Virus record (IMG/VR): IMGVR_UViG_3300025292_000005 | Coordinates: 1-45,423 of that record | Direction: 5' to 3' (one strand) | DNA from: a virus | Length of the DNA: 45,423 nt | Part shown: piece after piece, positions 41,812 to 45,423 of the stretch | How positions within the stretch are numbered: the first letter of the stretch is position 1 | How the letters are laid out: the number at the start of each line of letters is the position of its first letter | Program-made: the position numbers and the translations under genes | Notes under the pieces: generated by a model | Told to the model about the DNA's origin: nothing | What the model saw: the letters and a program-made list of their open reading frames with translations, nothing else | The model's database searches: none

Positions 41812-41964
41812 ATGACTGAGCGATACCGCACCGGTGAACCTAACCCGCCATGGGATGATCCTACCTCAACGAAAAGCTGGCAAGTATGGCAAGAGCCGTG
41901 GTTCCGCGCGCGACATCCAATACACTACCGTATTAACGTCTGGCTAGAAAAATGGGGATGGTAG
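41812..41964 (+). CDS. 50-aa Trp-rich micro-protein
   Basis: MTERYRTGEPNPPWDDPTSTKSWQVWQEPWFRARHPIHYRINVWLEKWGW, with TAGATG junctions on both sides. Confidence 0.4.
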   Translation: MTERYRTGEPNPPWDDPTSTKSWQVWQEPWFRARHPIHYRINVWLEKWGW

Positions 41965-42276
41965 ATGACTGAGACCATGGTGGAGAGAGTTGCCCGGGCG
42001 ATTTGGAGGACTAGGGAGAACCAGTTCCCGGCTCGGGTTCGCAGGCCAGAGCCCGACACCTTCGACAATGCATCGGGAGCGTGGGATATGGTTCTTGATC
42101 AGGCTCGCGCCGCGATCGAGGAAATGCGGGAGCCTACCATGGAAATGATCGACATGAGCTGCGCAGCCTGGATTAAGCTATACCCCGGGTTTGAGGGAGA
42201 TAGGCCTCAACCGAAAGCAGGAGAAGTTGCGTCAACAATATACATCGCCGCCATCGACGCGGCTTTAAAGGAGTGA
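41965..42276 (+). CDS. Hypothetical protein (103 aa)
   Basis: Starts MTE in the same GGTAGATGACTGAG context as the previous ORF. Confidence 0.55.
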   Translation: MTETMVERVARAIWRTRENQFPARVRRPEPDTFDNASGAWDMVLDQARAAIEEMREPTMEMIDMSCAAWIKLYPGFEGDRPQPKAGEVASTIYIAAIDAALKE

Positions 42277-42279
42277 GAG

Positions 42280-42471
42280 ATGGCGAGCCGGGTTGACCAG
42301 TATATCGTCTACCTAGGAAACAAGCCTAGATCTGTGTGGGCCTACCGAGAGCAGGCTTGCGAGAGCGCCGTGAGGTTGGCGCATGAGACAAAGAAGGCGG
42401 CTCGGGTGATTAAGCATACGACAAGCGGCGAGACATTCCTTGTCCACACGGCCAGTCCACAAAAGCCATGA
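42280..42471 (+). CDS. Hypothetical protein (63 aa)
   Basis: GGAGTGAGAG precedes the ATG. Confidence 0.5.
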   Translation: MASRVDQYIVYLGNKPRSVWAYREQACESAVRLAHETKKAARVIKHTTSGETFLVHTASPQKP

Positions 42472-42557
42472 ACACCCGCACCACCCACATAGCCACAGCC
42501 TGCACCCTTGCTATCCTTATTGGGGTGCCGATAGCTGCTTGGCTCGGGTGGCTCTAG
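42468..42557 (+). CDS. 29-aa hydrophobic micro-protein
   Basis: MNTRTTHIATACTLAILIGVPIAAWLGWL, with ATGA overlap with the upstream gene. Confidence 0.3.
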   Translation: MNTRTTHIATACTLAILIGVPIAAWLGWL

Positions 42558-42979
42558 CGGGAGCGCCCTTGCTGTGCTGCCTCTAACCTCTGCACGATTT
42601 CCTTGACGACCTTGATGTCCGACGCCTGTTGGTTGAAACCTGATTGCAGATCCCGGATGGAAGTGGTGATCGTCACGGCCGACTGTTCAGCCACCGTCAC
42701 GCGATAGGTGAGATTGTCGATCTTCCGATCCACCTCGTTGCCGCGGACTTCCTCAGCCCGTAAACGTTCGTTGAAGCTGGCTGTCGTCGCCCTGGTATCC
42801 GCAAGCCGCTCCTTGTGGTACTCATCATGAGCTTTCTGCCAGTTCTTGAGCTCCTGGATATCCCGGGTAGTGTTGGCCCACATCCACCCTACCCCGCCTA
42901 TGATGGTGACGAACTGCACCAAGCTTATCAGGGTGTTGAGGTTCCATTCTAACTTCGCTGCTTTTCTCGGAAGCTGCAT
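42554..42979 (-). CDS. N-terminal TM plus coiled-coil protein (about 141 aa), function unknown
   Basis: TM segment LISLVQFVTIIGGVGWMWA, then a heptad-like helical region. ATG at 42979 after GGGAAA, with an AT-rich upstream region. The ORF-track TTG start is at 42997. Confidence 0.55.
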   Translation of the reverse strand: MQLPRKAAKLEWNLNTLISLVQFVTIIGGVGWMWANTTRDIQELKNWQKAHDEYHKERLADTRATTASFNERLRAEEVRGNEVDRKIDNLTYRVTVAEQSAVTITTSIRDLQSGFNQQASDIKVVKEIVQRLEAAQQGRSR

Positions 42980-43134
42980 ATCATCGTTTCCCGTCAAGAC
43001 CCCGCGCCCTTTTCATATATGCAAGTAAGAATTGAGAAATCGGAGGCAGGTATATTGTTCCTAGCCATCGCGATCCCTGTTCGATCGAGTTGGTCAGACC
43101 TGGCGCTCTGGGTCACAACAGAGCGTCGGGTCGC

Positions 43135-43341
43135 TTACTTCCAGCAGCCTTTCGAGGCGCCGAATTTATTATGGCTTGCTACCTGCTCGGCAAACTGGCG
43201 ATCGGTCTTGAGTATCGCTACCGCCGTCGGCAGGCTCGCCCGTAGTTTCTGCCATCCGTCGCATACACTCTGTGGTTTCGTCGTCTGACAAGCCGAGAGC
43301 AGCACAGAGAGCGCCAGCATCAGAGGCGGTAACTTGGTCAT
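43135..43341 (-). CDS. o-spanin (outer-membrane lipoprotein), overlapped architecture
   Basis: MTKLPPLMLALSVLLSAC has a lipobox. It starts inside the i-spanin gene in another frame and extends 34 nt past its end. AAGGAA RBS. Confidence 0.7.
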   Translation of the reverse strand: MTKLPPLMLALSVLLSACQTTKPQSVCDGWQKLRASLPTAVAILKTDRQFAEQVASHNKFGASKGCWK

Positions 43342-43513
43342 TGATCGCGTTCCTTTCGCGAAGGACTGTGACGGAGGTCTGGAGAGCGGCAGTTGCCGCA
43401 GCTTGCCGAGCTTCCGATTGGCCGATCCATTTAGCCGGATAGAAGGCAATAGCCGCGCCAAGGACGATTGCTGCCGGGAGCTTGATCACGTCGGGGATAA
43501 GGGAGAGGATCAT
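43169..43513 (-). CDS. i-spanin
   Basis: N-terminal TM (LPAAIVLGAAIAFYPA) with a periplasmic helical domain. ATGA overlap with the endolysin stop. Confidence 0.7.
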   Translation of the reverse strand: MILSLIPDVIKLPAAIVLGAAIAFYPAKWIGQSEARQAAATAALQTSVTVLRERNAINDQVTASDAGALCAALGLSDDETTECMRRMAETTGEPADGGSDTQDRSPVCRAGSKP

Positions 43514-43977
43514 GCTCCCTCCAGGCAGTATTCACGCTCTTTCTGACGGCGCTTGGTGAGCCCCGGAAATCGAATGCCGGCGGCCTTATCCCACTTGAGC
43601 AGCGCGTCACAACCGGCTTTGGTCTCGCCCACGTTGATGAGCTTCACGACACTCGAACCGCAAGCCCCCTTGACACCGACGTTATAGGCGAAGGAAATAA
43701 GCGCTACGTATCGCTTGTCCGGCAGAGGAACCGTGACGCAGCGATCGATGCCCGCAGCGTATTCCTGTAAGGAATCCTCCAGCATCGCCTTGCACTGAGC
43801 GATCGTGTAGTGATCCCCGGGCTGAACGCCTTTGGTCTCGCCGTAGCAGACGGTCCAAGGCGGTCCTTTCGTCGCCGGATCGGGATACGCGTTCTGGCGG
43901 AGGCCTTCAAAGCCACCAACAAGGGTAGCGGCGAGCGCGGCGACGGCCCCGCCCTTCTTCAAGCGACTACTTGGCAT
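43510..43977 (-). CDS. SAR-type endolysin (GH24 / T4-lysozyme family)
   Basis: N-terminal weakly hydrophobic Ala/Gly-rich segment GGAVAALAATLVGG, followed by FEGLRQNAYPDPATKGPPWTVCYGET (Glu-x8-Asp...Thr). Confidence 0.85.
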   Translation of the reverse strand: MPSSRLKKGGAVAALAATLVGGFEGLRQNAYPDPATKGPPWTVCYGETKGVQPGDHYTIAQCKAMLEDSLQEYAAGIDRCVTVPLPDKRYVALISFAYNVGVKGACGSSVVKLINVGETKAGCDALLKWDKAAGIRFPGLTKRRQKEREYCLEGA

Positions 43978-44167
43978 CGAGATTTCCTTGAGCGATGATT
44001 CTGGCTAGGGGAGAGATCATGAGAAAGACGATCGACAGCCAATTCGGTATCCAGGCGTCGAGATATGGGACGATGTACGGAGCCAGTTCCAACAGACCGG
44101 CCAGATAGACGCACCACATGGACAAAGAGCGCGCGAGGACGCGCCCCGGTCGGCTGATGATGTTCAT
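43967..44167 (-). CDS. Holin/pinholin candidate (66 aa, two TM)
   Basis: Two hydrophobic helices, positioned directly upstream of and overlapping the endolysin gene. GGAGAAAAGC RBS. Confidence 0.55.
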   Translation of the reverse strand: MNIISRPGRVLARSLSMWCVYLAGLLELAPYIVPYLDAWIPNWLSIVFLMISPLARIIAQGNLDAK

Positions 44168-44240
44168 GCTTTTCTCCAGGCAGCCGAAAGGCTCCGCGCG
44201 AAGTTGCGGTCCATGGGGGTTCCTTTTTTTTGGGGGGAAT

Positions 44241-44264
44241 GAAAAAGGCCCGCCGAAGCGAGCC
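44241..44264 (-). terminator. Intrinsic terminator ending the late/accessory operon
   Basis: Minus strand reads GGCUCGC-UUCG-GCGGGCC followed by UUUUUC. The G-U pair forms only in the minus-strand RNA. Confidence 0.65.
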
Positions 44265-44329
44265 TTTCTATTGTTCTCTATGTGGTGACTTAGCGACCGG
44301 TGAAGCCGATCGTCGGCAAGCCATTCCGC

Positions 44330-44527
44330 TTAATCATAAACCGGGACCATTTTTCTGACCTCTGCCTTAGAGATCTGCCGTCCGTTGGGTACGTTCGCTG
44401 CGACCCATTCATTGAAGCAGTGAGGGCACATAACCTCTTCATTTTCCTTGAGCGGAGAGGCATCTGCCACGAACTCGTGACCCTTCTCACACCTGAACGT
44501 CGCGACATATGGAACTTGATAGCTCAT
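44330..44527 (-). CDS. Small zinc-ribbon-like protein (65 aa)
   Basis: FRCEKGHEF......VMCPHCFNEW. AAGAGGTAAGG RBS. Confidence 0.55.
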   Translation of the reverse strand: MSYQVPYVATFRCEKGHEFVADASPLKENEEVMCPHCFNEWVAANVPNGRQISKAEVRKMVPVYD

Positions 44528-44542
44528 CCCTTACCTCTTTAG

Positions 44543-45400
44543 CTAGGCGGCTTTTGGTTTGATCAATTCGCGCTGGATGAATTCGCGGGCTTTATCGACC
44601 CGGATCGCTTCGTATCCATCCGACAGAATTCCGTAGCTGTCATAGGATTGCGCCACAAATTCCTGAAGATCGATGATCTCTCCGGCCCTTATCTGGAAAT
44701 CGAAGTTTCCAGCAATGTCATTCGAGATGCCGGGATAGACGGGCCATACGACGCCCTCGCCTAGCTCGTCGGGCGGGCAACCCGCATCACTATGAGTGGG
44801 AACGCCAGCCATATTAAGGGCCTGTTTCGCTACTTCGAAAAGTAGCTCAACCCAGGGGTGATTGATAGTATGCATGAATACCCCCCGAGAAAGAGCTTCG
44901 GAGTGATCGTGCCCGGCCTCGGCCATATGCTTTTTCAGGATCGGCAGCGTTGCGTCATATACACCTCGCAGGCCGAGAGACGCATACGTGAATCTGTTGA
45001 ACAAGGCGCATGCCCGCTGCTGACTTAGCCCCTCAAGATAAGCCGCCGCGACGATCGACGAGTGATAAGAGAACAAGGCCCCGTTTATATAGACCCCGTT
45101 GCACTTGATGTAGCAAAGATCGGGATGAAAACCGGCGAATCCGAATGATGGGAATGCCACCGCCCTGTAGCCGGAGGCGCGAAGCCTCTCGATAGAAAAG
45201 GGGCCAGCATGGTCGTCTGGCTTCTGGATCAGCAGAATGTCCGACCGGCTGACCTGTGAAGCCAGATTGGCCTTGCCCGCGTCGTCGGCCTGCATGATCG
45301 TTCTGATGTCAAGCGGCCGGACGTCCGAACTCTTGGTCAGGCTTTCGACGCTCTTTGCAACCCCGCGCGCCTGGCAGTTCCCAATTACCCAGATGGTCAT
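44543..45400 (-). CDS. WcbI-like polysaccharide-modification protein (putative acetyltransferase-like)
   Basis: N-terminal MTIWVIGNCQARGVA (GNCQ motif) and a size of about 285 aa resemble the WcbI family. Its start is ATGA-coupled to the GSCFA gene across the junction. Confidence 0.5.
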   Translation of the reverse strand: MTIWVIGNCQARGVAKSVESLTKSSDVRPLDIRTIMQADDAGKANLASQVSRSDILLIQKPDDHAGPFSIERLRASGYRAVAFPSFGFAGFHPDLCYIKCNGVYINGALFSYHSSIVAAAYLEGLSQQRACALFNRFTYASLGLRGVYDATLPILKKHMAEAGHDHSEALSRGVFMHTINHPWVELLFEVAKQALNMAGVPTHSDAGCPPDELGEGVVWPVYPGISNDIAGNFDFQIRAGEIIDLQEFVAQSYDSYGILSDGYEAIRVDKAREFIQRELIKPKAA

Positions 45401-45423
45401 GCGTCAAGCGCCTCTTCATCGCA
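45297..45423. repeat. Terminal direct repeat copy 2 (identical to 1..127)
   Basis: Letter-for-letter identity. Confidence 0.9.

Larger units (their letters stand above)
1..45423. mobile_element. Complete temperate podovirus-like phage genome captured as a closed circle (unique length 45,296 bp)
   Basis: Integrase, CI/Cro switch, terminase, and portal-scaffold-capsid-adaptor-nozzle-internal proteins-fibres order. A lysis cassette is present. No tape-measure, tube or sheath genes. The window ends are identical over 127 bp. Confidence 0.85.

Noticed and set aside
1-45423. CRISPR arrays, rRNA genes, transposase/IS elements, a diversity-generating retroelement (as in BPP-1-like podoviruses), and retron or reverse-transcriptase genes.
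   Set aside because: No spaced repeat arrays, no rRNA-like sequence and no transposase or reverse-transcriptase motifs appear in any ORF translation that I read.

Overview
The window is a complete temperate podovirus-like phage genome from a GC-rich host, probably an alphaproteobacterium. That host guess rests only on composition and protein flavour, not on any search. Bases 1-127 are identical to bases 45297-45423 and lie inside coding sequence, so the window closes into a 45,296-bp circle (assembly-type overlap).

Layout:
- Minus strand, about 22.2 kb down to 0.1 kb and wrapping to 44.3 kb: the late operon. It runs small membrane protein, TerS-like, TerL, portal, scaffold, major capsid, decoration protein, adaptor, nozzle, GNAT-like protein, three internal/ejection proteins, two fibre/spike genes, then an accessory cassette of GSCFA-family, WcbI-like and zinc-ribbon proteins. 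Two HNH homing-endonuclease genes sit on the opposite strand inside this operon.
- 22.2-24.8 kb: a control region with an orphan BrnA-like antitoxin, an Arc-like ribbon-helix-helix cassette flanked by 16-bp direct repeats, an ORF-poor stretch of about 630 bp, and NusG/RfaH-like plus LuxR-type regulators.
- 24.8-30.8 kb, minus strand: the leftward early operon (Cro-like, DUF551 x2, Lar-like, MT-A70 methylase, DUF1064 and others).
- 30.86-31.86 kb: a CI-like S24 repressor and a second winged-helix protein.
- 32-39.6 kb, plus strand: the rightward early operon (Rad52-type annealase, SSB, NinB, a CCA-adding/poly(A)-polymerase-like nucleotidyltransferase).
- 39.6-41.1 kb: xis-like gene, tyrosine integrase and an attP that carries the 5-prime half of tRNA-Ser(GCU).
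- 41.1-43.0 kb: a moron region.
- 43.1-44.2 kb: the lysis cassette (holin, SAR endolysin, overlapping spanins).

No rRNA, complete tRNA or CRISPR array was seen. All family assignments come from motif recognition by eye and need HMM or structure confirmation.

The most interesting candidates are:
- the GSCFA/WcbI-like/zinc-ribbon cassette after the tailspike;
- the nucleotidyltransferase in the recombination module;
- the orphan BrnA-like gene with a 20-bp perfect palindrome;
- the nested palindromic AT-rich element between the two repressor-like genes;
- the unusual 5-prime-half tRNA attP;
- two ORF-poor structured regions (23.2-23.8 kb and 27.5-27.9 kb).
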